The notes: generated by a model not told the origin, from the letters alone. A stretch of 64,000 nucleotides of DNA from an uncultured Methanolobus sp. (GCA_963675495.1 OY776215.1:2688001-2752000), one strand, 5' to 3'; counted from the first letter of the stretch, positions 10,147-20,384 are shown. A program made the numbers and translations.

Positions 10147-10818
10147 TCAGACAAAAGCAGAGATATTATTGTAATTGGTCAAAAACCAGAGACCGAAGAC
10201 TGCCATAAATAATCCGCAGAAGTAAAGTATTTTCTCATGTGTTCTTGGTGAAAACAATTCTTTTCCCCTGGAAAATGATGATGATACAGCTACAAGGATT
10301 CCCAGGTCTGCCATCCAGTGTCCCAGGATGAATGCAAGCACCGCAAAGATGCCTAGTAGATATTCCTGAAGGATGATTGCACTGCCAGCTGTCAGCCACC
10401 ATATGATAAGTGTAGGGTTCAAAGCAGAGGTTATAACTCCGGCAGATACAGGACCTGCTGTCAGTTCCTTTTCATTGGATGATGCGGAAATATCCATCGC
10501 AGATACTTTCTTTGCGCTTTTTATAAGTACTATTCCGAAAAGTATCATTATCAGGCCGCCTATTATGGAGATATACGACATGATACTCTCTCCTAAGAAA
10601 GACGCAGCACCTGCCAGGATGAGCAGAAAAATGGCAGATTCTACAAGTGCATGTCCCAAGAATACTGATGGCCCGGTTCTCCATCCCTTTTTCATAGATA
10701 TGCCGATAGTTGCGAACATCATGGGACCTGGTATGAGGGCTGCAGATATACCTACTGTGAATCCTAGGATAAGAGCTTGTATTAATTCTATAATGGCTAT
10801 CACCTGATTAAAAAACAA
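10147..10818 (-). CDS. LysE family translocator
   Basis: ALIPGPM, GWRTG...GHALVE, ALNP..IIWW; hydrophobic. Confidence 0.85.
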   Translation of the reverse strand: MFFNQVIAIIELIQALILGFTVGISAALIPGPMMFATIGISMKKGWRTGPSVFLGHALVESAIFLLILAGAASFLGESIMSYISIIGGLIMILFGIVLIKSAKKVSAMDISASSNEKELTAGPVSAGVITSALNPTLIIWWLTAGSAIILQEYLLGIFAVLAFILGHWMADLGILVAVSSSFSRGKELFSPRTHEKILYFCGLFMAVFGLWFLTNYNNISAFV

Positions 10819-11006
10819 TGATTTTTAATATACAATGCTGGTTATATATTTAACAGATTTGGATGGCAAAGGTATAGTATACTGATGGTAATTTCTTTTA
10901 TGCATCATGTATGAGGCATTTCTGTTTGTTGGCTTGGTATAATGTTGAGGTACTTATAAATATCTTAAAATAAATATACAATTCATAGCTTTGTTATATA
11001 CTTTAA

Positions 11007-11390
11007 GTGATCCCCATGAAAAGAATATTAGTAGTCGAAGATAATCCCATGAATATGGAATTAGTGGCAGAACTTCTTGAATCAAATGGGATGGAGGTCA
11101 CAAAAGCTGCAGATGGGCCTGAGTCATTAGAGATCATCAAAAATAATGCTTTTGACCTTGTATTACTGGATATCCAGTTGCCTGGGATAGATGGGTTGGA
11201 AGTTCTTAAAATCATCAAAGAAGATTCATCCTTGCAGCAAACGCCTGTTATTGCCCTGACTGCCCACGCCATGCAAGGTGATGAACAGCATTTCATTGAC
11301 TTAGGTTGTGTAGGCTATATTTCAAAACCCATAGATGTGTTCCAATTCATGGATCAAATTCACCATTTCTTAAACCAGATGGGAGAATGA
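11007..11390 (+). CDS. Single-domain response regulator (CheY/DivK-like)
   Basis: ILVVEDN, LLDIQLPGIDG, ALTAHAM, ISKP. Confidence 0.92.
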   Translation: MIPMKRILVVEDNPMNMELVAELLESNGMEVTKAADGPESLEIIKNNAFDLVLLDIQLPGIDGLEVLKIIKEDSSLQQTPVIALTAHAMQGDEQHFIDLGCVGYISKPIDVFQFMDQIHHFLNQMGE

Positions 11391-11393
11391 AGC

Positions 11394-13805
11394 ATGACAA
11401 ATTCCCGGAAGAATGTTTCAGGACCATGCGAAGAAAAAGAGTATTTTAGTTCTGTAACGGATCAATCACCTATTGGTACTATTATTGTAAACCAAGGCTG
11501 CAAGATTGATTACTTTAACCATGCTATTCTTGAAATGTTTGGGTATCAGGACACAAGATTATTTATGCAGGATTGTTGTAGCACATTGTTTCCACTTTCA
11601 CTTAAGGCAAAAATACAAAAAAGTTTCAAAGAACTCCAAAGCAGCAGCGACTATGCAGAATTTGAACAAACTTGTACAACCAAAGATGGTACTGAATTTG
11701 TTGCAAGGTTTAAAACAGTTCCAATGGGGGATATTGTTCATGAGAATTCTAAATTAATATGCTACATAGAAAACGCTTCAAAATTTGGTCGTCCAATAGA
11801 AAATAGTGAATATGACAATAAATATGTGAAATTGATAGAAGATGTTAGCGATGGAATTGTAATTATACAAGATCAATTGATCAAACACTTCAACAATACT
11901 ATAATGAATATCACAGGCTATAAGAGAGAAGAAGCTCTTGGCAAAAGCTTTCTTGATTTTGTATCGCCTGCATACAAGAAAATAGTTATTCAGAACCACT
12001 TGGATAGATTAGAAGGGAAATCTGTACCCACTATTTATGAGATTGACATAATTTCCAGTCAGGGGACTGACATGTCGATGGAAATTTCAACTTATATGAC
12101 CGAGTTTGCCGGAAGACCAGCAGTTCTGATAATTCTCCGTGACGTAGCAGAAAGAAAGGAAGCAGAGCAAAATCTTATCCAGGCAAAACTAGTAGCCGAA
12201 TCTGCCAACCGTGCGAAGAGTGATTTCCTTGCCACCATGAGCCATGAATTGCGCACACCTCTTAATTCCATCATAGGATTCTCTGATCTAATGCTAAGTG
12301 GCAGTATTGGAGAAATGAATGAAAAGCAGAACAAATTCATGGGTAACATTTCTTCAAGTGGCAAACATTTGCTTTCTCTCATAAATAATGTTCTTGACCT
12401 TTCCAAGATAGAAGCATTAAAAATGGATCTGGACTACGAACACCTTAATGTTTGTTGTATCATTGATGAAGTAAAGCAGCTTGTATCTCCACTTGCAGAC
12501 AAAAATGCGCTAAAAATTGAGTTTTGCAGGGATGAAAACCTTGAACATATATATGCTGACAGAGTAAGGTTCAAGCAGATTCTTTTCAACCTTGCAAGCA
12601 ATGCTATTAAGTTTACTCCTATGGGTGGTAAAATAACTATCTCCGCAAAACAAGTTGGTAGTATGGCACAGTTTTCTGTGGAGGATACAGGCATAGGGAT
12701 AGCCGAAGAGGACAAAAGTAAGCTCTTCCAGCCTTTTGTGCAACTGGATTCTGCTACAAACCGTTTTTACGAAGGAACAGGACTTGGGCTTTCTCTGGTG
12801 AAACGATTCGTAGAACTTCATCAGGGGCGTATATGGTTTGAGAGCGAAATTGGAAAAGGTACATCTTTTACATTCGAATTGCCTTTACAAGTCAATGAGA
12901 ACAGTGAGATTACTGCAGGGGCAAAGTTTGAAGAAGCTGTGGCTTTTCGATCAAAAGTGAAAAGGATAAAAACGATTCCTGAAATCACTGTTTCTGAAAC
13001 AAATGAATTTCAATCTGGGACAGTTGTCCCGCAAATAATGGAGCCTCAAAATGCCAGAGGTGATGAGCTACTTATACTTGTTGTAGAGGATGATGCTGCT
13101 TCCAGGGAACTGCTTGAGGTTACATTGTTATGCGAAGGATATCGTGTGGCATCTGCAGCCAATGGAAAAGCAGCTCTTGAGCTTGCCAACGAGATCAAGC
13201 CCTTTGCCATTACTCTGGATATAATGATGCCGGGTATGGATGGCTGGGGTGTGCTAAGGCAGTTGAAAGAGAAAGAACAAACCCATGAAATTCCTGTGAT
13301 AATCACTTCAATGCTGGATGAAAGGGAATTAGGTATCGTCTGGGGCGCTGTGGATCATTTCATTAAACCTATTAAGAAGAACATATTACTTGGTACATTG
13401 GATAAAATAAAGTATAATGTGTCTAAATCATCACTCAGTGTTTTGGTTGTGGATGACGAAACAAATGCAGTTGAACTAATAGCTGCGATGCTGGATGATG
13501 AAGAGTTTGACGTACTGACGGCTTATGGGGGACAGGATGCCATAGATATTGCATTTGCAAAGCACCCCGACGTAATCGTGTTGGATCTAATGATGCCTAA
13601 TGTCAGTGGTTTTGATGTAATAAAAGAGCTAAAAGCGAATCCGGATACAATCGATATTCCTATTATTATCTGTACTGCAAAGGACCTTAACTTGAATGAC
13701 AGGGAAGTATTGGATAAGAATGTGTCAAATATAATGCATAAGGGCATGTTCACCAGGGATGATCTTATTGGCTTTATTGAATCCGTTCAAAAACAGGATG
13801 TCTGA
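11394..13805 (+). CDS. Hybrid histidine kinase PAS-PAS-HisKA-HATPase-REC-REC
   Basis: MSHELRTPLN H-box, NLASNAIKFT, DTGIG, GTGLGL, two receiver domains (VVEDD..LDIMMP; VVDDE..LDLMMP). Confidence 0.92.
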   Translation: MTNSRKNVSGPCEEKEYFSSVTDQSPIGTIIVNQGCKIDYFNHAILEMFGYQDTRLFMQDCCSTLFPLSLKAKIQKSFKELQSSSDYAEFEQTCTTKDGTEFVARFKTVPMGDIVHENSKLICYIENASKFGRPIENSEYDNKYVKLIEDVSDGIVIIQDQLIKHFNNTIMNITGYKREEALGKSFLDFVSPAYKKIVIQNHLDRLEGKSVPTIYEIDIISSQGTDMSMEISTYMTEFAGRPAVLIILRDVAERKEAEQNLIQAKLVAESANRAKSDFLATMSHELRTPLNSIIGFSDLMLSGSIGEMNEKQNKFMGNISSSGKHLLSLINNVLDLSKIEALKMDLDYEHLNVCCIIDEVKQLVSPLADKNALKIEFCRDENLEHIYADRVRFKQILFNLASNAIKFTPMGGKITISAKQVGSMAQFSVEDTGIGIAEEDKSKLFQPFVQLDSATNRFYEGTGLGLSLVKRFVELHQGRIWFESEIGKGTSFTFELPLQVNENSEITAGAKFEEAVAFRSKVKRIKTIPEITVSETNEFQSGTVVPQIMEPQNARGDELLILVVEDDAASRELLEVTLLCEGYRVASAANGKAALELANEIKPFAITLDIMMPGMDGWGVLRQLKEKEQTHEIPVIITSMLDERELGIVWGAVDHFIKPIKKNILLGTLDKIKYNVSKSSLSVLVVDDETNAVELIAAMLDDEEFDVLTAYGGQDAIDIAFAKHPDVIVLDLMMPNVSGFDVIKELKANPDTIDIPIIICTAKDLNLNDREVLDKNVSNIMHKGMFTRDDLIGFIESVQKQDV

Positions 13806-13943
13806 TTAAGCTCTTCTTAATAAAATTGAATTATTTAGTAGTGAATGACATTATCCTTGTCACCAAAAAACCTAAGTAATGTCCACCCGTCAACTGGATA
13901 AAAATGAGTGGGAACTTGTTTTCGTATAAACCGAGTTGATATT

Positions 13944-14366
13944 TTGGTAATAAAAGACGGAGATACAATAAAGATAGACTATACCGGCACGCTTGATGAC
14001 GGTACTGTTTTTGATAGTTCGGAGAACCATGACGAACCTCTTGAATTTACTGTAGGTGCAGGGCAGGTCATACCAGGTTTTGAGGAAGCTGTAAGAGGTA
14101 TGGAAGTAGGGGAAGAGAAGAAGTTCAGAGTAGAGGCTTGTGAAGCCTATGGCGAGGCAAACCCGGCTCTCACACAGACAGTTCCAAGTTCACTGCTTCA
14201 GGCTGATGCAGAGATTACGGAAGGAATGATGATAATGGTAGGAACAGCTGACGGTCAGCAGATGCCTGCAAAGATAACTGAAGTGACTGATGAGAACATC
14301 ACACTTGATATGAATCATCCACTCGCTGGCAAGGCACTGACTTTTAGCATTAAAGTTGTCGAATAA
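13944..14366 (+). CDS. FKBP-type peptidyl-prolyl isomerase (short SlyD-like)
   Basis: IDYTGTLDDGTVFDSS, GQVIPGFE, AYG, DMNHPLAGK; homology starts near TTG 13944 (ORF track starts at 13908). Confidence 0.9.
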   Translation: MVIKDGDTIKIDYTGTLDDGTVFDSSENHDEPLEFTVGAGQVIPGFEEAVRGMEVGEEKKFRVEACEAYGEANPALTQTVPSSLLQADAEITEGMMIMVGTADGQQMPAKITEVTDENITLDMNHPLAGKALTFSIKVVE

Positions 14367-14467
14367 TAATTACTATTCTGAGCTCGTTATCGGGCTATCT
14401 CTTTTTTTCTAAAAGTATCAATTACTTTAGAAGTATCATTTTGAGTTGAATGTTCATAAAAAATAAT

Positions 14468-17272
14468 TTATTTCATTTTGTTAATTGCCTTTTTTCTGAG
14501 TTCCTGTAACTTAGCATCATCCTGCTTTTCAATTAATGCTTCATCGAACATCTCAACAGCTCCACTGTAGTCACTAAGTCGATGCAGGGCAATACCCTTA
14601 TGCTTCCAGACCACACTTTTTCCATAGCCCATGCTTATCAGCTTGTTGAAACAAGTTAAAGCCATCTGGTTCTGACCAAGACGGAGGCAGGTTATTCCTT
14701 TATTCATAAGGGCAGTGGCATTAGAAGGCTGTAATTGCAAGGCTGCTTCAAAACACTCATATGCAAGCTCCTGATCATTTTGCTCTCTTCCAGCCTTAAT
14801 GCCTTCCTTTACCCACTCAGCTGCACTTTTCCTGTCTCGTTGCCTGAGTTTTCTTCTTGCTCTGTTAAGAGCAGCAGAATGGTCAAATGGCTTGTCTTTT
14901 CGCTCTGTGGGTGTGGGTGCAATGGTTGAACGCCTCTCTGTCTTATCAGACTTAACATGAGATATTTTCTTTTGAGGAATATAAGCGGGTTTACCAAGCA
15001 TCTTTCTCAGCATCATTATGGCTGCATCCTTGTCAAGAGGATTATTGTTGTTTCCACATTTTGGGGACTGGATACACGATGGACAGCCTTCGATGCAAGG
15101 ACAGCTTTCAATAGACTTCAGGGTCACTTCCAGCATTTCAGTGATTTTACCGTATCCATTTTCAGCATAACCGACACCACCGGGATGTCCGTCATACACG
15201 AATATCCCGCAGTTTCTGGAAAGATCATCATGCTCCGGTGTGGAAACACCACCTACATCATTCCTATCCGCCAGCAAGTGCAGTGGGTACATTGCTATCA
15301 TGGCATGCTCAATGGCATGTATACCACCTGCAAAATCACGTTCGTGTTCGTTTACCAGTTCGGTGAACATATAAGGTAGTTCAAGCCACAGGGCTTCGGT
15401 CTCCAACCTGAATTCCGGCATATCCAGGGACAACTGTCCAAGCTCAGTGTCGGTACGCTGCTGAATTTTTTTATATCCTGTAACTTGCTGCGTGACATCC
15501 ACATCCCCAAAGCCCACTTTTACATCAGGAAATGTTGCCAGAGCTTTTGTTTCAACAACTTCTCTGATGACTATGTCCGATGATACAAGGGACCTTGTAT
15601 AATAGCCATCTTGCGCCTTCTCAACATGTATCTCTCTTTCATCGTGGTCCTGTTTTGTAACACAGTAAGGAGTACCTTTGTTGATGTACACCGCACCTTC
15701 GAATGCTTCCCTGTAGGCACGTAGTCTCTCTATATTCTTTTCAAGAGGTTTTCTGCTTGTTTTGTCAATGATTGTATAGCTTTCACTGTCAATACTGCGT
15801 ATGGAAACTTTCATGTGTGGGGCAGGATCCAGCGATTTCTTTTCATCAATTCCTCCCAGCAATCCTTCTTCTTCAAGTACTTCAACTATGGTCTCAAACT
15901 CAGAACCGAAATATTCGTTGTCCTCAGGTCTTAATGGTAGCTCCTTTGCAGCACAGAGTAAATGACCTGCCTGTATGTAGCGGTTCGATACATTGATAAC
16001 TGCTTCCTCACAATTTCGCCTGAAGAAGTCTTCGGGATTTCTCATGTAGTACTGGTCAAGTGCATTTGAATCTGCAACAAGGGTGACTATACTTTCCCGG
16101 GTTCCACGACCTGCACGTCCTGCCTGTTGCCTTGCACTCATGATAGTTCCCGGGAATCCGTCCATGATACAGGCGTCAAGCCCACCGATGTCAATTCCCA
16201 GTTCAAGAGCATTGGTGGATATCACACCTTCAATATTTCCCTGTGCAAGCTCTTTTTCGATGGCTTCGCGCTCGTCGCCGTGATAGCCTCCTCTGTAGGA
16301 GCTGATTTTTTTCTCTATTCCCCTGCTGGCAAGTGTGTTCTTTGCCTGGACATACATTCTCTCGACTTTTTGTCTCGACCTTGCAAAAACAATGGTCTGA
16401 AGATCGCTTTGCACGAAAGTTGCGAAAAGGTCTACTGTTTCCCCGAAGCTGGCTTTTCTCTGGGTGAAGTTCCTGGATCTTGAATAAAGTGGAGGATTCC
16501 AGAATACGAACTTCTGGGCGCCCTGTCCGGAACTGTCATTGTCTATCAGGTTGACATCTTTTCCTATCAGTGATGAGCTATGTTCAACCGGGTTTCCAAT
16601 GGTTGCAGTACAGCATATATATTGAGGGTTTGAACCATAGTGGTCACAAATACGGTTCAAACGTCTTAGCAGATTTGCCATGTGGCTTCCCATGACTCCG
16701 CTGTATGAATGGCTTTCATCCAGGATTATAAAGTTGAGATTCGAAAGGAAATGCTTCCATTGATGTTTCCATTGCAGGAAACTCAAATGCAACATTTCGG
16801 GATTTGTAAAAATTATCTTGGTATTTCCGTATTTGACGTTATCTTTTTCAGCCTTGCTCATGGAACCAACGAATCTATCGATATTCACATTCAATCTCAT
16901 TGTGTGGCTAAGTTTCCTGAAGGTATCAAGCTGGTCATTTACAAGGGCATTCAGGGGTGATATGTAAAGTGCCGTGGCATGTGGCTCTTCCAGCAAACGC
17001 TCAAAAACAGGTAGCATATAGCACAAAGATTTGCCACTGGCAGTACTGGTGGAAAGAACAATGTTCTTCTTTTCCCGTGCGGTGCTAACTGCTTCGGCCT
17101 GATGGGCATAGAGTTGTTCAATTCCATTTTCCTTTAAAGCATATCTGATCAGTGGATTAAGTTCTATATTCCTGTATTCTGCTTCTCTGATGGGCACATC
17201 CTCAATATGGGTGATCTGCCCCTCATATTTCCTCGAAGATTTTATTTTACTGATCAGTTGGGAAATTTCCAT
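14468..17272 (-). CDS. Hrq1/MrfA/SftH-like DExH helicase with DUF1998 Zn domain and C-terminal TPRs
   Basis: TSTASGKS, DESH, TATIGNP, STNALELGIDIG, QQAGRAGR, YDGHPGGVG, CPCIEGCPSC..SPKC; tail with TPR motifs (ALMNKG, WKHKG..L). Confidence 0.88.
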   Translation of the reverse strand: MEISQLISKIKSSRKYEGQITHIEDVPIREAEYRNIELNPLIRYALKENGIEQLYAHQAEAVSTAREKKNIVLSTSTASGKSLCYMLPVFERLLEEPHATALYISPLNALVNDQLDTFRKLSHTMRLNVNIDRFVGSMSKAEKDNVKYGNTKIIFTNPEMLHLSFLQWKHQWKHFLSNLNFIILDESHSYSGVMGSHMANLLRRLNRICDHYGSNPQYICCTATIGNPVEHSSSLIGKDVNLIDNDSSGQGAQKFVFWNPPLYSRSRNFTQRKASFGETVDLFATFVQSDLQTIVFARSRQKVERMYVQAKNTLASRGIEKKISSYRGGYHGDEREAIEKELAQGNIEGVISTNALELGIDIGGLDACIMDGFPGTIMSARQQAGRAGRGTRESIVTLVADSNALDQYYMRNPEDFFRRNCEEAVINVSNRYIQAGHLLCAAKELPLRPEDNEYFGSEFETIVEVLEEEGLLGGIDEKKSLDPAPHMKVSIRSIDSESYTIIDKTSRKPLEKNIERLRAYREAFEGAVYINKGTPYCVTKQDHDEREIHVEKAQDGYYTRSLVSSDIVIREVVETKALATFPDVKVGFGDVDVTQQVTGYKKIQQRTDTELGQLSLDMPEFRLETEALWLELPYMFTELVNEHERDFAGGIHAIEHAMIAMYPLHLLADRNDVGGVSTPEHDDLSRNCGIFVYDGHPGGVGYAENGYGKITEMLEVTLKSIESCPCIEGCPSCIQSPKCGNNNNPLDKDAAIMMLRKMLGKPAYIPQKKISHVKSDKTERRSTIAPTPTERKDKPFDHSAALNRARRKLRQRDRKSAAEWVKEGIKAGREQNDQELAYECFEAALQLQPSNATALMNKGITCLRLGQNQMALTCFNKLISMGYGKSVVWKHKGIALHRLSDYSGAVEMFDEALIEKQDDAKLQELRKKAINKMK

Positions 17273-17592
17273 TTTTGGCTAGCTCCGCTGTCCATTAATG
17301 AATTCATCCTTTAAAGACTATATTGCACTTTAAAATATCTCATATTGAATTCTACATTAAAGTTACACGGGAAATATGTTCCATATTTATTTTAAAAGGA
17401 TTTAATGTTTCCAAAATTGTTTTTTAATCAAATTCAAGCTTTCAATTAAATTTAAGCACTCATAATGTTATTATACGAGAATACGTTTTCAGTAATAATT
17501 GTGAAATAGATAAAATCAATTTATGTTTAAGAGCATGAAAAACGAAAAATCTCTGGAAATCCAGATTAAACCTAATAAACGAGATAATAAAA

Positions 17593-18135
17593 ATGGTTCC
17601 AAAAAATTGCTTTTTGACTAAAGGTGTTGGTGTACATAAAGATAGATTAGCATCTTTTGAATTGGCACTGCGCGATGCTAAAATAGAAAAATATAATCTT
17701 GTCACCGTTTCCAGTATACTTCCACCTAATTGTAAATTAGTATCCAGGGATGAGGGCATCAAGCAATTGCCAGCTGGAGAGATCGTATATTGTGTTCTTG
17801 CACGTAATGAGACAAATGAACCGCAAAGGCTTGTATCGGCAGCCGTCGGAACAGCAGTTCCGGTTAATGAAAATAACTATGGATACATCTCTGAGCACCA
17901 TACTTTTGGTGAGGATGAACTTACAGCAGGAGAGTATGCTGAAGACCTGGCGGCAACAATGCTTGCAACTACTCTGGGAATTGAATTCGATGCTGACTGT
18001 GCGTGGCATGAAAGGGAACAGGTCTACAAAGCAAGTGGTCATATAATAGACACGACTCACTATTGCCAGACAGCAAATGGTGACAAGGACGGAAAGTGGA
18101 CTTCTGTCATAGCAGCGATGGTTTTTATTGAATAA
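17593..18135 (+). CDS. pdaD: Pyruvoyl-dependent arginine decarboxylase
   Basis: SFELALRDA.I..YNLVTVSSILPP (Ser-Ser cleavage site), GYISEH. Confidence 0.92.
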   Translation: MVPKNCFLTKGVGVHKDRLASFELALRDAKIEKYNLVTVSSILPPNCKLVSRDEGIKQLPAGEIVYCVLARNETNEPQRLVSAAVGTAVPVNENNYGYISEHHTFGEDELTAGEYAEDLAATMLATTLGIEFDADCAWHEREQVYKASGHIIDTTHYCQTANGDKDGKWTSVIAAMVFIE

Positions 18136-18172
18136 AAAGGATTAAAGATATCCTTTTTTATTTTGTTTCTAA

Positions 18173-18613
18173 TTATTCTTGTTTTTGCTCACTGAATTTT
18201 CTAAGCATTGCTATGTGTTCGATACCTGCATCATCATAAGTATCTCCATATTCCTCAAAACAGAATTTTCTGTAAAAACTCGTAGCATAGACCTGTGATG
18301 ATAAATGAAGCTCTTTCGCTCCCATTGTAATGGCCTTTTCAATCAGTTTTTCCATGAGCAAGCTTCCAAGATGCATGTTACGGTATTCTTTGACAACACA
18401 TATTCTCCCGATAGTAAACTTACCACTGTGTTCAAATATTCTCCCAGTGGCAACCGGTGTTCTATTGTTGTAAATGACCAGATGCAGAGCTATGCTGTCA
18501 TATTCATCAAATTCAAGGTTTTCATCGATGCTTTGTTCCAGCACAAAAACATTAATTCGTACTTCGCAGGCATCATTAAATTCCTCTGATCCTTTGATCC
18601 ATTTTATTTGCAT
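18173..18613 (-). CDS. GNAT acetyltransferase (YjcF/ElaA-like)
   Basis: R..VFV.EQ, EFDEYD, IGRICV...YR, FY, DAGIEH. Confidence 0.88.
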   Translation of the reverse strand: MQIKWIKGSEEFNDACEVRINVFVLEQSIDENLEFDEYDSIALHLVIYNNRTPVATGRIFEHSGKFTIGRICVVKEYRNMHLGSLLMEKLIEKAITMGAKELHLSSQVYATSFYRKFCFEEYGDTYDDAGIEHIAMLRKFSEQKQE

Positions 18614-18808
18614 ATTGATATTTGAAGGTGTGAGTTATTCAAAGGATATTATAACATGGAGTTAAATATTTTTCTGGTAGTTACTATGCCACTATTTATA
18701 TAAAAAGACGTTATCAAGAAACATCCTTTATGGAAAAACTTAAGTAGCTTATGGCCTATCGGTAGGCGTCTATAGAATATATAGAAAACTATCAATTGGA
18801 GATTCAAT

Positions 18809-19090
18809 ATGAAGAAATTCTTAAGCTTACTCATGGTTTTACTGATGGTCGGACTTGTTGCCGTATCAGGATGTGCAGACACAGCAGAAGATGTTGCTGA
18901 AGACGCAGGACATGCAGCAGAAGATGTTGCTGAAGACGCAGAACATGCAACAGAAGATGTTGCTGAAGATGTAACAGATGTTGCTGAGAACATGACAGAG
19001 AATATGACTGACATGGCAGAGAACATGACAGAGAATATGACTGACATGGCAGAAGACATGACAGAGAATATGACTGACATGACAGAATAA
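18809..19090 (+). CDS. Small acidic lipoprotein made of 11-residue repeats
   Basis: GGAG RBS, MKK-hydrophobic-VAVSG|C lipobox, then six 11-mers. Confidence 0.75.
   Translation: MKKFLSLLMVLLMVGLVAVSGCADTAEDVAEDAGHAAEDVAEDAEHATEDVAEDVTDVAENMTENMTDMAENMTENMTDMAEDMTENMTDMTE
18884..19081 (+). repeat. 33-bp coding tandem repeat, six units in two subtypes
   Basis: GCAGAAGATGTTGCTGAAGACGCAGGACATGCA-type x3, then GAGAACATGACAGAGAATATGACTGACATGGCA-type x3. Confidence 0.9.
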
Positions 19091-19410
19091 GTTGCTGGCA
19101 AAACAGTAACAGAGTAATACATTTAATAATTTATATCATACTCTGACAGTCTTCTTGAATGAAAATTCAGTTGATTGTCAGGATCTATGATCAATATCTA
19201 TTTCTTATTTTGATATTTTTTAATGCTTGATGTTCAATGTTTATTAAAGATACAAAGTCTTTAATGCATATATTAGATCAGCATATTTCGACTGTTTTTT
19301 AATAATAGCTTAGGAGCTTGAAATAGAAAGCCTTAAGTTGATTGCTAAATTATGCATAATAGCCTATACTTTCTATAGGAATATAGATAATTGTCCAGGG
19401 AAGATCAATA

Positions 19411-20214
19411 ATGAAGAAAATAATGAGTTTTTTAATAATAGGAATATTAATGCTAGGATTAGTTGCTGTTTCCGGATGTGCTGATAGCACAGAAGAAGAC
19501 AGTGCAGATGATGGAATGGTTGAAGAAACAGCTGAGGTACCAATTTATATTGTAGGGACAGAACCTTATTTCCCACCATTTGAATATGCCGATGCGAACA
19601 ACAGCAATGAGATCATAGGTTTTGATGTGGATCTTATCAACGCAATTGCAGAGGACCAGGGCTTTGAAATTGAATGGAAGGATCTTGAATTTGATGCACT
19701 TATCCCTGCTCTCCAGTCAGGACAGATCGACCTCATAGCCTCTGGTATGACAATTACTGCAGAAAGAGAAGAGTCTGTAGACTTTAGTGAACCATACATC
19801 AATGCAGGTCTTTCCCTTGCTGTTGCCGCTGATAACGAGGATATTATGAGCCTGGATGATGTTCAGGGTAAGGTTGCTGTAGTCCAGCAAGGTTCCACAG
19901 GAGCTTTGAAAGCTGATGAACTCAAAGCAGAAGGCATAATTGATGAAGTTATTTATCTTGCACACGTCAGTGACATTGTTATGAACATCCAGAGCGGACG
20001 TGCAGATTTCATGATCAATGACCTGCCAGTTACAAAATCTTATATGGTCCAGAATCCAGGTGTCATAAAGATAGTTGATGACGATATACAGAGTGATTCC
20101 TATGGTTTTGCAGTAAAGAACGGAAATACCGAGCTTCTTGAAATGCTCAACGCAGGTCTTGCTAATGTTCAGGAAGATGGTACATACGACCAGATAATGG
20201 GAGACTATTTCTAA
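19411..20214 (+). CDS. Polar/basic amino acid ABC transporter substrate-binding lipoprotein
   Basis: Lipobox VAVSGC, PPFEY, GFDVDL, FDALIPALQSG.ID, MTITAER...DFSEPY. Confidence 0.92.
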   Translation: MKKIMSFLIIGILMLGLVAVSGCADSTEEDSADDGMVEETAEVPIYIVGTEPYFPPFEYADANNSNEIIGFDVDLINAIAEDQGFEIEWKDLEFDALIPALQSGQIDLIASGMTITAEREESVDFSEPYINAGLSLAVAADNEDIMSLDDVQGKVAVVQQGSTGALKADELKAEGIIDEVIYLAHVSDIVMNIQSGRADFMINDLPVTKSYMVQNPGVIKIVDDDIQSDSYGFAVKNGNTELLEMLNAGLANVQEDGTYDQIMGDYF

Positions 20215-20228
20215 ATACTTTAATATTC

Positions 20229-20257
20229 TGAATATGCAATTCCCATTTGCATATTCA
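20229..20257 (+). terminator. Intercistronic hairpin after the binding-protein gene
   Basis: TGAATATGCAA-7 nt-TTGCATATTCA perfect inverted repeat followed by a T-rich tract. Confidence 0.55.
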
Positions 20258-20384
20258 CTAAATTTTATATTTTCTCCTGCCGAAAAACGAAAAAATCTGT
20301 AGCGATATATTTATATGTCGTTCATGTGTGCCTACTTTCATAACAATATACTGATTATTTTCACAAAAAACCGAGGTAATATCC

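Noticed and set aside
9872-10150. tRNA as the attachment site of an integrated element
   Set aside because: I saw no duplicate tRNA 3' end and no integrase in the window.
14468-17272. DUF1998 helicase as DISARM/Druantia defence
   Set aside because: No methylase, SNF2 or other defence genes nearby; single-polypeptide Hrq1/MrfA architecture among housekeeping neighbours.
18884-19081. 33-bp repeats as a CRISPR array
   Set aside because: Units are contiguous with no spacers and are in frame within a lipoprotein gene.
18649-19122. 157-aa minus-strand ORF
   Set aside because: Antisense shadow of the repeat lipoprotein, which has the RBS and lipobox.
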